DNA of 61,291 nucleotides from Candidatus Adlerbacteria bacterium (lineage in GTDB: Bacteria; Patescibacteriota; Minisyncoccia; Phycocordibacterales; SBAW01): NCBI GenBank assembly GCA_028286685.1, contig JAQBRA010000003.1, positions 1 through 61,291 on the forward strand, given 5' to 3'. The translations under genes and the position numbers were made by a program. The number at the start of each line of letters is the position of its first letter. Position 1 is the first letter of the stretch. A model generated the notes under the pieces. It searched no databases, was not told where the DNA came from, and saw only the letters and a program-made list of their open reading frames with translations. Shown here in pieces: positions 33,794 through 43,654 of this stretch.

Positions 33794-34671
33794 TATTACT
33801 GATCACCACCCAGGTAGTAGATCCCCAAGACCCGATTCTTGGATTTTTCTGCCGTTGGATAGAGGAGTTTGCAAAGCATTGCGAGGGTATCGAGGTGATC
33901 TGCTTGCGCGAAGGCGCCCATAGTTTGCCTGTCAATGTGCGCGTGCATGCGCTTGGTTCCGGCAACAAGCTTATGCGCGCCTGGCGGCTATTGCGGCTCT
34001 CCCAAAAACTGCATTACGAAGCGGTGTTAGTCCATATGAACCCGGAGTATTTGGTGGCTGCCGGATGGCTGTGGCGCTTGAAAGGCAAGCGCAGCGCGCT
34101 GTGGTATACGCACAAGAGCGTCGACCTCAAGCTGCGCTTAGCTGCATTTTTTGCCGATGTTATCCTTACGGCTTCGAAAGAAAGCTTCCGTCTCCCCAGC
34201 CGCAAGCTGCGAGTCATGGGCCATGGCATCGACACCGACTTTTTCTCGCCGAATGACGGCATTCCGCGCGGCAGCAACCTGCTCTCCGTAGGACGGCTTA
34301 TGCCCAGTAAGCGCCACGACTTGGCGATACGCGCGGCAGCGCAAGCGGGCGTGGCGCTGCATATTGCCGGCAGCGGGCCCGAGCAGGCGCGCCTGGAGGC
34401 GCTCGCAGATGAGCTGGGAGTAAAGGTGACATTCCTGGGTGGCATTAACCAGGCGCAGCTTAAGGACGAATATCGCCGGGCCGCAAAGCTCATACATGCG
34501 AGCGAGACCGGTAGTCTCGACAAAGTGGTGCTGGAGGCGCTGGCGTGCGGGCTTTCCGTTGCCACGAGCGACCCGGCGCTCAAGCCTCTGGAGTCAGCCG
34601 ACCCATCCTACGTGCGGCAAAACCATTCGCTTGCTACACTCATACCCAAGATACTCGGCAATCTCTCATGA
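33790..34671 (+). CDS. Glycosyltransferase, GT4-like
   Basis: GT-B C-terminal region (ETGSLDKVVLEALACGLSVATSD). ATGA overlap with the upstream stop. Confidence 0.7.
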   Translation: MILLITTQVVDPQDPILGFFCRWIEEFAKHCEGIEVICLREGAHSLPVNVRVHALGSGNKLMRAWRLLRLSQKLHYEAVLVHMNPEYLVAAGWLWRLKGKRSALWYTHKSVDLKLRLAAFFADVILTASKESFRLPSRKLRVMGHGIDTDFFSPNDGIPRGSNLLSVGRLMPSKRHDLAIRAAAQAGVALHIAGSGPEQARLEALADELGVKVTFLGGINQAQLKDEYRRAAKLIHASETGSLDKVVLEALACGLSVATSDPALKPLESADPSYVRQNHSLATLIPKILGNLS

Positions 34672-35321
34672 CCTCTCCCCATCAATTCGGCCTCAGGCAC
34701 ACCTTCTTGCATTTGTATGCCGGTCAGTCGCTCATGCGCATCCTTATGAACCGCGAACTTTCCCACGAAACGCTGCGCGGCCGAGTGGCTGACATTGGTG
34801 GCGGCCACGAGCCCGACTATTTCGAATATTTTAAAACCGACAGTAGTATCACACTCGAGCGTCTAGACGGCTCTTTTTCCGGTATCGATTTCGAAAAGGA
34901 CTCCCTTCCGTTTCAGTCGGGCGCCATGGATACTGTCATACTGTGCAACGTGCTCGAGCACATATATAACTACCGGTACCTGCTCGCCGAAGTGCACCGC
35001 ATCCTTTCTGCGGAAGGCCGGCTTATTGGCGTCGTGCCCTTCTGGGTCGGATACCACCCGGATCCGCATGACTACTTCCGCTATACCGAGGAGGCGTTGC
35101 GCCGAATCCTGAAAGACGCAGGGTTTAAAGATGTCAGCATCAAGCCGCTGGGAGGCGGCCCCTTGCTCGCTAACTTCAATACCCTGGTGCTCTCCGTGCC
35201 GCGCCTGCTGCGCCCCGTGCTCTACCTTTGGTATGCGGGACTCAATCATGTCTTTATCCACTTGCGTCCCAAGAGCGCGCGCCGCCAGCCGCTCGGGTTT
35301 GTCTTTACGGCTTTGCGCTAG
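34668..35321 (+). CDS. Class I SAM-dependent methyltransferase (Methyltransf_11-like)
   Basis: VADIGGGHEPDYF motif I and VILCNVLEHIYNYRYLLAEVHRILSAEGRLIGVVPF. ATGA overlap with the upstream stop. Confidence 0.75.
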   Translation: MTSPHQFGLRHTFLHLYAGQSLMRILMNRELSHETLRGRVADIGGGHEPDYFEYFKTDSSITLERLDGSFSGIDFEKDSLPFQSGAMDTVILCNVLEHIYNYRYLLAEVHRILSAEGRLIGVVPFWVGYHPDPHDYFRYTEEALRRILKDAGFKDVSIKPLGGGPLLANFNTLVLSVPRLLRPVLYLWYAGLNHVFIHLRPKSARRQPLGFVFTALR

Positions 35322-35525
35322 GTACGGACTTTATTGCTAAAGGCGTATTTCTTGCATGAGCGGGACCGTGAGGCGTAGCTGCACTACTTTTGCGTAGATA
35401 TTCTTATGTCGCACATCCTACGCGAACTAGCGGCAGATAAAGCATGCTGTGTCTAGCATGGAGGGTTATTTTTTGGTATAGTCTGCTCGGACATTAGTTC
35501 GACCAACCAACAGGAGGAGCGCACG

Positions 35526-37049
35526 ATGCGCAGCATCTGTCTTATTACGCCACCATCAGCGTTCTTGCTGGATGAGCGGGTATTCGTGAGTCTCGGCATC
35601 CTTAAAGTTGCCGCTATGCTTGAAAAAGCGAACAAAAAGGTCAACTTCCTCGATCTGTCAGGCGTTCAGAATTATCTTGAAGCGCTTGAGGATTACCTGC
35701 GGACCTCGCCTGACGACATGGTCGGCATCACCACTACGACGCCGCAACTGCCATCGGTCATAAAGATCCTGGCGGTCATAAGAAGCGTGCGGCCTAACCT
35801 CAGGGTTATATTAGGCGGCCCGCATGTAACCCTCGTCTACTCCGCCAAAAAGATGGAGATAAAGCGTAAGGTGGCGGGCGGACGCGGACATGCGGCAGCC
35901 GCGCAGCTTGAGAGCCTTTTTGATGTCCTGGTTTCCGGCGACGGCGAACTGGCCATCTTTGAAGCGATCAAAAGCGACGCGCCAAAAGTCGTGGACGGGG
36001 ATGATCCTAAGGGTGGACTCTTCCTCACCGACAAGATGTTTACCGAGTTGCCGCTCCCTGCGCGCCACCTGGTAGACCTTAGGTCGTACCACTATTCGAT
36101 CGAGGGTTTTCCGGCCACGAGCCTCATCGCTCAGCTAGGGTGCCCGTTCGGATGCGGGTTCTGCGGCGGGCGAAACTCCAAGTCACTGCGCCAGATCCGT
36201 AACCGGGACACGGCGAGTATCCTTGCCGAGGTGGAGCATCTCCACCGCGAGCACGGGCACACCGGCTTTATGTTCTACGACGACGAGCTCAACGTGAGCA
36301 CGTCGTTCGTGGAGCTTATGGACGGGCTCACGGCCCTGCAGGAGAGGCTTGATGTCGAGTTTCGCCTGAGGGGCTTCGTCAAGGCGGAGCTCTTTGCTCG
36401 GGACCCGAAGCAGGCCCCGGCCATGTACCGGGCCGGCTTTCGCTGGCTTTTGTGCGGGTTCGAGGCCGCGCATCCGCGGATCCTGGTAAACATCGACAAG
36501 CGCGCAACGCTTGACGATAACGACCGGTGCGTGGACCTCGCCAAAGAAGCGGGGCTCAAGATCAAGGCGCTTATGTCGTGCGGCCATCCCGGCGAAACGG
36601 AAGAGTCGGTGCTCGCGATCAAGGACTGGCTTATCCGCAAGCGGGTGGACGACTTTGACTGCACGGTCATCACGACGTATCCCGGTACGCCGTACTACGA
36701 CCTGGCAGAGCCAAGTCCTCAGCTGAGCGCACGGGAGGGCAGGAGCGTCTGGAGCTACCGGCACCCGAAGACCGGTGACTGTCTGCATGCGTACGAGCTC
36801 GACTACACGCGCGAAGCGGACTACTACAAGGGCGACCCTGACGACTACAAGGCGTATGTCTTTACCGACCATTTGTCGGCAGACAGGATTGTCGCCCTGC
36901 GCAAGCGGGTCGAGGATGAGGTCAGGGCAAAGCTTGGCATCCCCTATAACGCGGGGGCGCCCGGCGTCCGCTACGAGCACTCGATGGGGCAAGGCCTTCC
37001 AGCCTCTATCCTTCGTTCTGCAGCATCACTAAAACTACTCTCCGCCTAG
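35526..37049 (+). CDS. B12-binding (class B) radical SAM enzyme
   Basis: N-terminal cobalamin-binding-type domain (GILKVAAMLEKANKKVNFLDL...VGITTTTP...VILGGPHVT). CxxxCxxC cluster CPFGCGFCGG. AGGAGG (35512-35517) lies 8 nt upstream, and TGGTATAGT (35474-35482) lies further upstream. Confidence 0.88.
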   Translation: MRSICLITPPSAFLLDERVFVSLGILKVAAMLEKANKKVNFLDLSGVQNYLEALEDYLRTSPDDMVGITTTTPQLPSVIKILAVIRSVRPNLRVILGGPHVTLVYSAKKMEIKRKVAGGRGHAAAAQLESLFDVLVSGDGELAIFEAIKSDAPKVVDGDDPKGGLFLTDKMFTELPLPARHLVDLRSYHYSIEGFPATSLIAQLGCPFGCGFCGGRNSKSLRQIRNRDTASILAEVEHLHREHGHTGFMFYDDELNVSTSFVELMDGLTALQERLDVEFRLRGFVKAELFARDPKQAPAMYRAGFRWLLCGFEAAHPRILVNIDKRATLDDNDRCVDLAKEAGLKIKALMSCGHPGETEESVLAIKDWLIRKRVDDFDCTVITTYPGTPYYDLAEPSPQLSAREGRSVWSYRHPKTGDCLHAYELDYTREADYYKGDPDDYKAYVFTDHLSADRIVALRKRVEDEVRAKLGIPYNAGAPGVRYEHSMGQGLPASILRSAASLKLLSA

Positions 37050-37065
37050 TGCGGGGAGCAAAGCC

Positions 37066-37097
37066 CCTCTCCGCTCCGGCGGAGAGGTTTTCTTTTT
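37066..37097 (+). terminator. Intrinsic terminator after radical SAM gene
   Basis: CCTCTCCGC-TCCG-GCGGAGAGG is followed by TTTTCTTTTT. Confidence 0.85.
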
Positions 37098-37242
37098 GGC
37101 GGCAGGCCATTATCGAAGTCCATAAGGACGAATGGCGGGGGTGGTTCGAGCAATTCTTTCAGGCGTGCGGCTTCAAGGTTAGCTGGGACAAGGATCTGCT
37201 CATACCAAAAAGGTAGCGCTTTTGTGCTACAGTAGCCCTGAT

Positions 37243-38997
37243 ATGTGCGCCATACTCGGCCTCAACTCCCCGGACCAGGACCTTATCGGGCTTATGAATG
37301 CGGCCGCCGCCCATCGCGGGCCCGACGATACGGGTATCTTTCTGGATACGGCGGTGGGGCTCGGGCACAATCGCCTTTCCATTCTCGACCTTTCAGTATC
37401 CGGCCATCAGCCCATGGAGGCCCAAGGTTTGCAGATAGTTTTCAACGGCGAGATATACAACTTTAAAGAATTGCGCGCAGAGCTTGAGGCCCGAGGCGAT
37501 ACGTTCCGCTCGCATACCGATACGGAGGTGATACTGCGCGGCTATGCGCGCGAAGGCGTAGAGTATTTTAAAAAGCTGCGCGGCATGTGGGCGCTCGCCC
37601 TGTACGACGCTGCCGCAGGCACGCTCGTGCTCGCGCGCGATCCGTTCGGCATCAAGCCGCTCTACTACTACGAGCGCGAGGGCCGCTTCGCCTTCGCTTC
37701 CGAGCTGCGAGCACTCAGGCCGGTGCTCAGCCGCTATGGGGCTACCGACAATAAGCTAGCGCATCGGCTCTACTTTACATTGGGCTACATTCCGGCGCCG
37801 CATTCGCCGTTTGAAGAAGTTAAAAAGGTGTTGCCAGGGGAAGTGCTTTCTTATAATCTTGCCAGCAAGGTCCTTTCCCGGGTTGCGACTATCAAGCCGT
37901 ATGAGGACATACGGCAGACGCTCCAAGAAGCCCTGGAGGATACGGTGCGCGCGCATTTCGTCTCCGACGTGCCGGTCGGACTTTTTTACTCCGGAGGCAT
38001 AGACTCAACCTTGCTTTTGGCGACTGCAAAAAAGTTGGGGTTTAACCCCGCGGCGTTTTTCCTGCGCATCCCCAATCGGCTCGACAATGAGTACGCGCTA
38101 GCGGCCGCTAAAGAGTTGGGCGTTACGCCGGTTGTTATCGAGTTTGACGAGTCGCAAGCGCAGGAAGCGCTCAATCGCGCGCGACAGACGCTCGACGAGC
38201 CGTTTGCCGACTCCTCATATATTCCGACCGAGTACCTCTCAAGCCAAGTCGCCAAGACGCACAAGGTGGTTCTTTCCGGCGAGGGCGGAGACGAGTTCTT
38301 TGGCGGTTATCATCGCCACAACCACCTGCTTGGTCTGCGCCAAGGCATGCGGCTCGTGCCTGCAGCGCTAGTGCGCCTGCTGCCGTCGCGATTGCGGCGC
38401 GCTGTGGAGTCCAAAATAAACCGCGACGCATACGCCGCGTATGTCGAGTTTATCCGTCTCGACGAGGGCCTGGTTTCGCGCGAGGAAGCGGTGGCTTTCT
38501 TGCGCGGCAGGGTGGCGGGGCAGCATGACAATCTCGGCCTTTCTCTCGACCAAGAGATCTACCTTCCCGACGACCTGCTCTTTAAGATCGACCGCGCCGG
38601 CATGCGCCACGGACTCGAGGGCCGTGTCCCCTTCCTGGATAGGCGTTTTTTTGCGGCGGCACGCGCACTATCGGCCAGAGAGCGTCATGGCGGGGGAGCC
38701 ACCGGCAAAGCACTGCTTAAGGACCTTCTCGGCGCGTCCCTATCGCGTGCACTCGTAGACAGGCCCAAGCAGGGCTTTAGTATGCCGCTCAAACTAGCGG
38801 CAGGCCTCTCTGATGAAGCGTTTGCATCGGCTGCAGCAGAGGCGCAAAAGCATCCCGAGCTGGTACCCTTAGCGCCCGCCTTGGTCTCGTCGCTTGCCCA
38901 AAGCTCCTCTGCTCGGAGTAAATTTAGGAAAGAGTATCCACAGCTGTCATACGTGATACTTATGTGGGCTGGCTGGCGGGAGAGCTTTACACTATAA
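37243..38997 (+). CDS. Asparagine synthase (glutamine-hydrolysing) family amidotransferase, copy 1
   Basis: Met-Cys N-terminus (MCAILG) of Ntn amidotransferases, HRGPDD, FNGEIYNF, and the SGGIDS PP-loop (here YSGGIDST). Confidence 0.9.
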   Translation: MCAILGLNSPDQDLIGLMNAAAAHRGPDDTGIFLDTAVGLGHNRLSILDLSVSGHQPMEAQGLQIVFNGEIYNFKELRAELEARGDTFRSHTDTEVILRGYAREGVEYFKKLRGMWALALYDAAAGTLVLARDPFGIKPLYYYEREGRFAFASELRALRPVLSRYGATDNKLAHRLYFTLGYIPAPHSPFEEVKKVLPGEVLSYNLASKVLSRVATIKPYEDIRQTLQEALEDTVRAHFVSDVPVGLFYSGGIDSTLLLATAKKLGFNPAAFFLRIPNRLDNEYALAAAKELGVTPVVIEFDESQAQEALNRARQTLDEPFADSSYIPTEYLSSQVAKTHKVVLSGEGGDEFFGGYHRHNHLLGLRQGMRLVPAALVRLLPSRLRRAVESKINRDAYAAYVEFIRLDEGLVSREEAVAFLRGRVAGQHDNLGLSLDQEIYLPDDLLFKIDRAGMRHGLEGRVPFLDRRFFAAARALSARERHGGGATGKALLKDLLGASLSRALVDRPKQGFSMPLKLAAGLSDEAFASAAAEAQKHPELVPLAPALVSSLAQSSSARSKFRKEYPQLSYVILMWAGWRESFTL

Positions 38998-38999
38998 GT

Positions 39000-40139
39000 A
39001 TGCGCGAGCGGCTTACCAATCTCATACTTCTTGCGCGCTGCGGATTGCGGTTTATAAGGCATGGCTCGGCCAAGAAAATCCCGTCTTATCCTAGATCCGT
39101 AGTTATTGTCCAATTCGGCAAACTTGGCGACATGGTGTGTACGACTCCAATGTTTAGAGCCATAAAGAACACTTCGCCAAGTACTCGCGTCATCGTGGTG
39201 GGCGACAAAGTAGGCGGCCAGATACTTGCTGGCAACACCGATGTCGACCGCTACATTGTGTGCGGCAAAGATATACGTGCTGCCCTAGTAGAGCTTAAGA
39301 AAGAAGGGGTACAGGCGGGTATAACTGCAGGCCCGAGCATCCGGGCTTTCTGTCTCCTGTATCTTGCGGGCATGCCGCTAGTACTGGCCCCGCGCGTAGA
39401 AGGCAGTGAGAGTTCCGAGAGCCGCCTGTACCGCTTGGTGCGCAGGCTGGGCGTGCTTATGCCGCACACTATAGGCTCGTACGCGCCGCGCGAGTACCTT
39501 AGGCTCCTGGAGCCTCTGGGCATACAAACAGACGACACGACCAAGCATGTTGCCGTAGCGCCCGAAGCAGCTGCCCGCGTCGATGCACTTTTGCGGGAGA
39601 GCAGGGCAGAGAGCGCCTTCTTGGTGGGCATATCGGCATCGGCAGGCAATAAGATAAAGAACTGGCTTCCTGAGCGCTTTGCGGCAGTAGCGGAGCATTT
39701 GGCGGGGCGGTACGGCGCGACGATAGTCCTGATAGGCGGGCCCGGTGACAAGCAAGAAAGCGACGCGGTGCGCGCGCATAGTCCGGCAGACATGCGCTGC
39801 ATAGATACCACCGGCGCGCTTTCCGTTGAAGAGCTCAAGGCCCTGGTGGCCCGCCTGGGGCTTTTTATCAGCGTTGATACCGGGCCTATCTATATTGCCG
39901 AGGCGCTCGGGGTCCCCACCATAGACATTGTGGGCCCTATGGATGAACGTGAGCAGCCGCCGATAGGCGAGCGGCATGCGGTGGTCGTGCCCCCGTTCCC
40001 GCGCAAGCCCCAGCTCTATATAATGAGTCCCGGAAATTATAATTATGCCGAGGCTAGGCGCCAGGCAGAGAGTATCTCGGTCGCGCAGGTTGTCGCTGTT
40101 GCAGACGAGCTTATGGGCCGTGTGCATAATGCCGCTTGA
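39000..40139 (+). CDS. Glycosyltransferase family 9 (heptosyltransferase-like), copy 1
   Basis: VIVQFGKLGDMVCTTPMFRAIK and SVDTGPIYIAEALGVPTIDIVGP are GT9 hallmark blocks. Confidence 0.8.
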   Translation: MRERLTNLILLARCGLRFIRHGSAKKIPSYPRSVVIVQFGKLGDMVCTTPMFRAIKNTSPSTRVIVVGDKVGGQILAGNTDVDRYIVCGKDIRAALVELKKEGVQAGITAGPSIRAFCLLYLAGMPLVLAPRVEGSESSESRLYRLVRRLGVLMPHTIGSYAPREYLRLLEPLGIQTDDTTKHVAVAPEAAARVDALLRESRAESAFLVGISASAGNKIKNWLPERFAAVAEHLAGRYGATIVLIGGPGDKQESDAVRAHSPADMRCIDTTGALSVEELKALVARLGLFISVDTGPIYIAEALGVPTIDIVGPMDEREQPPIGERHAVVVPPFPRKPQLYIMSPGNYNYAEARRQAESISVAQVVAVADELMGRVHNAA

Positions 40140-41058
40140 GCCGGTATACTGCGGTGATATGGCGGGCCAGGGCAATGAGAAAGTATTTACTACGGCCCAT
40201 GGGACCTTTACCATGGACACGCAAAGCGACGCCAAGATAAGCGGCGTATTCTCGGGCGACCACTACCATCACCAGGAGACGCTCGACCTCCTGCCGTACC
40301 TGGCGGCGCGGGGCGGCACGATTGTAGACGTGGGCGCTCATGTAGGCACTTTGGCGATCCCGTTTGCCCAGTATGCCAGCAAGGTTATCGCTTTTGAGCC
40401 GACTCCGGCCACGTTCGGCTTTTTGCAGAAGAATATCGCCCTTAATACGGCTCCGGTCGATGCCCGCAACAAGGGGCTGGGGGCGGCTCTTGGCCGCGCT
40501 GCATCGGTCGTACTTCATGATTTTAGCGCGGCCGCTAACACGCTTTCGGTAGGCGAGGGCGACATCGAAATCTCGACGCTTGACGCGGAGGTTCCTGCGG
40601 CCGATTTTGTAAAGATAGACGTCGAGGGTATGGAGCTCGGCGTGCTCCAGGGAGGGAGCCGCCTCTGGCAAGAGTCGAAGCCGCCCATACTGTTTGAGGT
40701 AAATCTATTCGCGCTTCGGCGCCATGGCACGGCTGCGGCCGATCTCCAGGGCTTTCTCAAGCAGTACGGCTACTCGCTGTACTACCCGGTGCAAAAGGCA
40801 GGCCGGCTGCATTTGGCAAAAATCTGGAGCCTCAGCCTCTTTGTGCTGTGTATCGCTCCGCGCTCGTTTATGTTCGGCGGGCCAAGCGCCCCGTTTGACG
40901 TCGTGGCGATACCCCGCGGGCACGCGCTGTCGGCGCCGCTGCCGCGCATCTCTGCAGGCGCCATGCTCCTAAAGCTGATCGGTGGCAATCTTTCCCAAAA
41001 AATACGCCGCCTGCTCTCTATTTTTGCGGCAAGCGATAAATTGCAAAGCGCCCGTTAA
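40129..41058 (+). CDS. FkbM-family methyltransferase, copy 1
   Basis: IVDVGAHVGTLAIPFA, AFEPTPATFGFLQKNI and DFVKIDVEGMELGVLQG. The 3' end overlaps the convergent gene by 41 nt. Confidence 0.8.
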   Translation: MPLEPVYCGDMAGQGNEKVFTTAHGTFTMDTQSDAKISGVFSGDHYHHQETLDLLPYLAARGGTIVDVGAHVGTLAIPFAQYASKVIAFEPTPATFGFLQKNIALNTAPVDARNKGLGAALGRAASVVLHDFSAAANTLSVGEGDIEISTLDAEVPAADFVKIDVEGMELGVLQGGSRLWQESKPPILFEVNLFALRRHGTAAADLQGFLKQYGYSLYYPVQKAGRLHLAKIWSLSLFVLCIAPRSFMFGGPSAPFDVVAIPRGHALSAPLPRISAGAMLLKLIGGNLSQKIRRLLSIFAASDKLQSAR

Positions 41059-42517
41059 TGGTTGTCAGAAGTGTGAGTCCTGCTTGGGGAGCTTTCCAAG
41101 AAATGTCCTTTTTGTCTTCTATTGCAAATGCGTTTTCAACATCGCTCGAGCTGGAGAGATAAAAGATTCCATAGGGATGATTCGGCGTGTCGCGGGGCGT
41201 ATAAATTGCCGCGTATATCGACAGCGTAGGGCTAGCCAGCACAGCCGCGGGAGGCTCATGCTGCAAATATTCAAACAGAGGGGCGTAGGCTTGCGCGCTC
41301 CGGGCCTCCGGGGCGTGATTGTTATAGAAGTGCTTTTGAGCAAATGCGCCGTGCGTAAATAGTACGGCAATAGCCAGTGCGCAAAGTGCGTCGTTTGCCC
41401 ATAGAGGAGTCCACCGCCTTAGGAACTCCATTCCGACCAGTGCGAGCACAATTCCAGTCAGCGGTTTGGTAATGTACCAATGATAATGGCCGGGCTGCAG
41501 ATAAAATCCTGTCAGTACGTGCTGGTTAAGGACGATAAACAGCGCTGCGCCGCAAAAGATAAAATATTGGCGCGATTGGGCGAGGCGCGCGGGCCAAAAG
41601 AAAACAGGCACAACGAGCAGGACCACAAGCCACAAGCCAAGTTCGGGCGAGTGGCTAGCCATTGCCCCCAGATTATTGGAAACTTCTGAGTAGGCGGGGT
41701 GGGCTCGAGCTTGCACGAAGTTAATAAAGAAAGGCGTGGCGTATACCAAGGCAAGCACGCCGATCGCAAAAATACGCCCGCTTCGGAGAATGTCTTTTTG
41801 GTGCAAGGCACTTCCAAACACTATAAGCAGCAATACGCCCAAGAACGACCAGGTATATACGGATAGATACAGCGACAAGCCGATAAGTGAGCCTAGTGTG
41901 GCTATCTCTGCGAGACTCGGTTTTCGGTTATGTAGGCGGTACAGCATCCATAGCGAGCCAAACAGCACGAGTCCGGTCATCGATGGGTTTATCGGCCGGG
42001 CCCACGTAATTCCATCGACAATACTCAATCCATGCATAAACGCCAGGATTTCGCGCGGATTGCTCATGAGTGCCGTTGCAAGCATCCCCGCTGTTGCTGC
42101 CAAAAGCGCAGTACTCCTGGTGCGACTTATTGAAAATGCAAATCCGTATATGAGAAGGAATATCCCGGCAGGGAAAAGTGCCTTGGTGGCTATATTTATA
42201 GCTGGGGCGGCCATGCCAAATGCGCGGCCGAACTGGGCCACTACCACCTCTCCCAGTCCCGGCATAAGATAGGGCACGCTCTTGTCTGGCATAAAGATAT
42301 TTCCCATACGCCAGTCTCCCTCATAAGCCGCTTGTATGCGTGCCAGATAATGCTCCTCGGCATCCTGACCCATAAGAGCAATGCCTTTGTACTCGGGCGT
42401 TGTGGCAAAGTAGGCGTACGGCGCTATGCACAGGAGGCCCATAGCAGCCGCCAAGGCATATGCTGCGCCATGGTGTCGGGTGTGCGCGAATAGCTTATAA
42501 AGAACGGTAAATGACAT
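41018..42517 (-). CDS. Polytopic membrane protein (>=10 TM), candidate GT-C-fold glycosyltransferase/glycan polymerase
   Basis: 499 aa, hydrophobic throughout, with a soluble ~60-aa C-terminal tail. Sits directly downstream of (and overlaps) a GtrA-like gene. The family call is inference. Confidence 0.55.
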   Translation of the reverse strand: MSFTVLYKLFAHTRHHGAAYALAAAMGLLCIAPYAYFATTPEYKGIALMGQDAEEHYLARIQAAYEGDWRMGNIFMPDKSVPYLMPGLGEVVVAQFGRAFGMAAPAINIATKALFPAGIFLLIYGFAFSISRTRSTALLAATAGMLATALMSNPREILAFMHGLSIVDGITWARPINPSMTGLVLFGSLWMLYRLHNRKPSLAEIATLGSLIGLSLYLSVYTWSFLGVLLLIVFGSALHQKDILRSGRIFAIGVLALVYATPFFINFVQARAHPAYSEVSNNLGAMASHSPELGLWLVVLLVVPVFFWPARLAQSRQYFIFCGAALFIVLNQHVLTGFYLQPGHYHWYITKPLTGIVLALVGMEFLRRWTPLWANDALCALAIAVLFTHGAFAQKHFYNNHAPEARSAQAYAPLFEYLQHEPPAAVLASPTLSIYAAIYTPRDTPNHPYGIFYLSSSSDVENAFAIEDKKDISWKAPQAGLTLLTTINGRFAIYRLPQK

Positions 42518-42884
42518 TTTTATTGAAAGAGAACGAGAGCAGGGTAGTGGTAAGGGCGCTTATTGATATGGATATCAGATAATGTATGCCCAGCAAAGTA
42601 GTAAGCATGTATACGAGAGCGGCGTTGAGGGCGAATATGACTAGGTAGCTAGCAATGAAAAGCATGTATTTTTTATGGTATCCGCTTTTGTTGTGGTCAG
42701 GAAAGGTAAAAAGTGCGTTTAAGACGAAGCTGCAGGTCCAGCCGCACAGCACCCCGATAGTAAATGCCCAAAAATACCAAAAGCCGAAAACAACGACAAA
42801 AGTATGCGTGACAGCGAGGTTAATGATCAGCCCCGTTCCTCCTACGAAACAGAAGCGTATAAATTTTCCTAAATTTCTCTTCAT
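42495..42884 (-). CDS. GtrA-family membrane protein (polyprenyl-phosphate-sugar translocation family)
   Basis: FIRFCFVGGTGLIINLAVTHTF... and 4 TM in ~129 aa. The start is at the internal ATG 42884. Confidence 0.8.
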   Translation of the reverse strand: MKRNLGKFIRFCFVGGTGLIINLAVTHTFVVVFGFWYFWAFTIGVLCGWTCSFVLNALFTFPDHNKSGYHKKYMLFIASYLVIFALNAALVYMLTTLLGIHYLISISISALTTTLLSFSFNKNVIYRSL

Positions 42885-42885
42885 A

Positions 42886-43653
42886 TTAAATTTTGACTGC
42901 GGTAAGCGTCCATCCCATGTGATTTGCAGGGGAAACAACCTCAATGTTAGAAAGCGCTAAGCCGTGCGTAAGTCCCAGGACTTCCTCGCGAGTCCAATAA
43001 TTAGCGACGGCTGGGATAAGCTGGTCAAATACGATGCTGTGCACGTGCCAGAAAGGGAACGTAGATAGTTGCTGCAAGTATGCAATGCGCCGGCGCAGCA
43101 AAGGAATGGCGAGGTAATAGAGCGGCGCTGAGCAGAGATAGGACAGCGCATGTATGAGCGGCAAGGGGAGTCGAGAGGTAATAAGCTTACGCACCGGGTC
43201 TACAAAGCTGACTATCCACTCGTTTCCTTCATAGCTATAGACCCATACGACCAGTTGTCCGCCCGGGCGCAGGGCTCGGGTAAAATTCTCAAGCGCTAGC
43301 CGCGGCTGGCGCACATGGTGCAGCACTCCTATGCACATAACCGTATCAAATGCGCTATCCCAAGGCATTTTTGAAATATCATGCCGGACGACGGTGGCGT
43401 TTGGAAACGACTCGAGTGTCTTGCGTGCCGCAGCAAGGGAATGCTCATCGTTATCAAATGCGGTTACGCTCTTGGCGCCCCATGCCAGGGGCCAATAGCT
43501 GTTGCGCCCCATGCCGCAACCGGCATCAAGGATATCTTTGCCTGCGAAGTCCTCAGGCCCCATGCCGGTCCAGTTGCGGAACTGGCCCTCGTACAAAGGG
43601 GAAATTGCGGCATATTTGTTCCACTCGTATCCAAATCGTTCTTCTGAAGCCAT
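42886..43653 (-). CDS. Class I SAM-dependent methyltransferase
   Basis: ILDAGCGMGRNS motif I, and VMCIGVLHHVRQPRLALENFTRALRPGGQLVVWVY. Confidence 0.8.
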   Translation of the reverse strand: MASEERFGYEWNKYAAISPLYEGQFRNWTGMGPEDFAGKDILDAGCGMGRNSYWPLAWGAKSVTAFDNDEHSLAAARKTLESFPNATVVRHDISKMPWDSAFDTVMCIGVLHHVRQPRLALENFTRALRPGGQLVVWVYSYEGNEWIVSFVDPVRKLITSRLPLPLIHALSYLCSAPLYYLAIPLLRRRIAYLQQLSTFPFWHVHSIVFDQLIPAVANYWTREEVLGLTHGLALSNIEVVSPANHMGWTLTAVKI

Positions 43654-43654
43654 A

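Noticed and set aside
35406-35456. 16-aa mini-ORF MSHILRELAADKACCV upstream of the B12-radical SAM gene (and a 16-aa ORF at 37132-37182 downstream), considered as possible RiPP precursors
   Set aside because: They are very short with no SD. The rSAM has its own promoter element downstream of the first mini-ORF. No protease, transporter or RiPP-recognition gene is nearby. The context is a glycan locus, where class B rSAM enzymes plausibly act on sugars. This cannot be excluded without conservation data.
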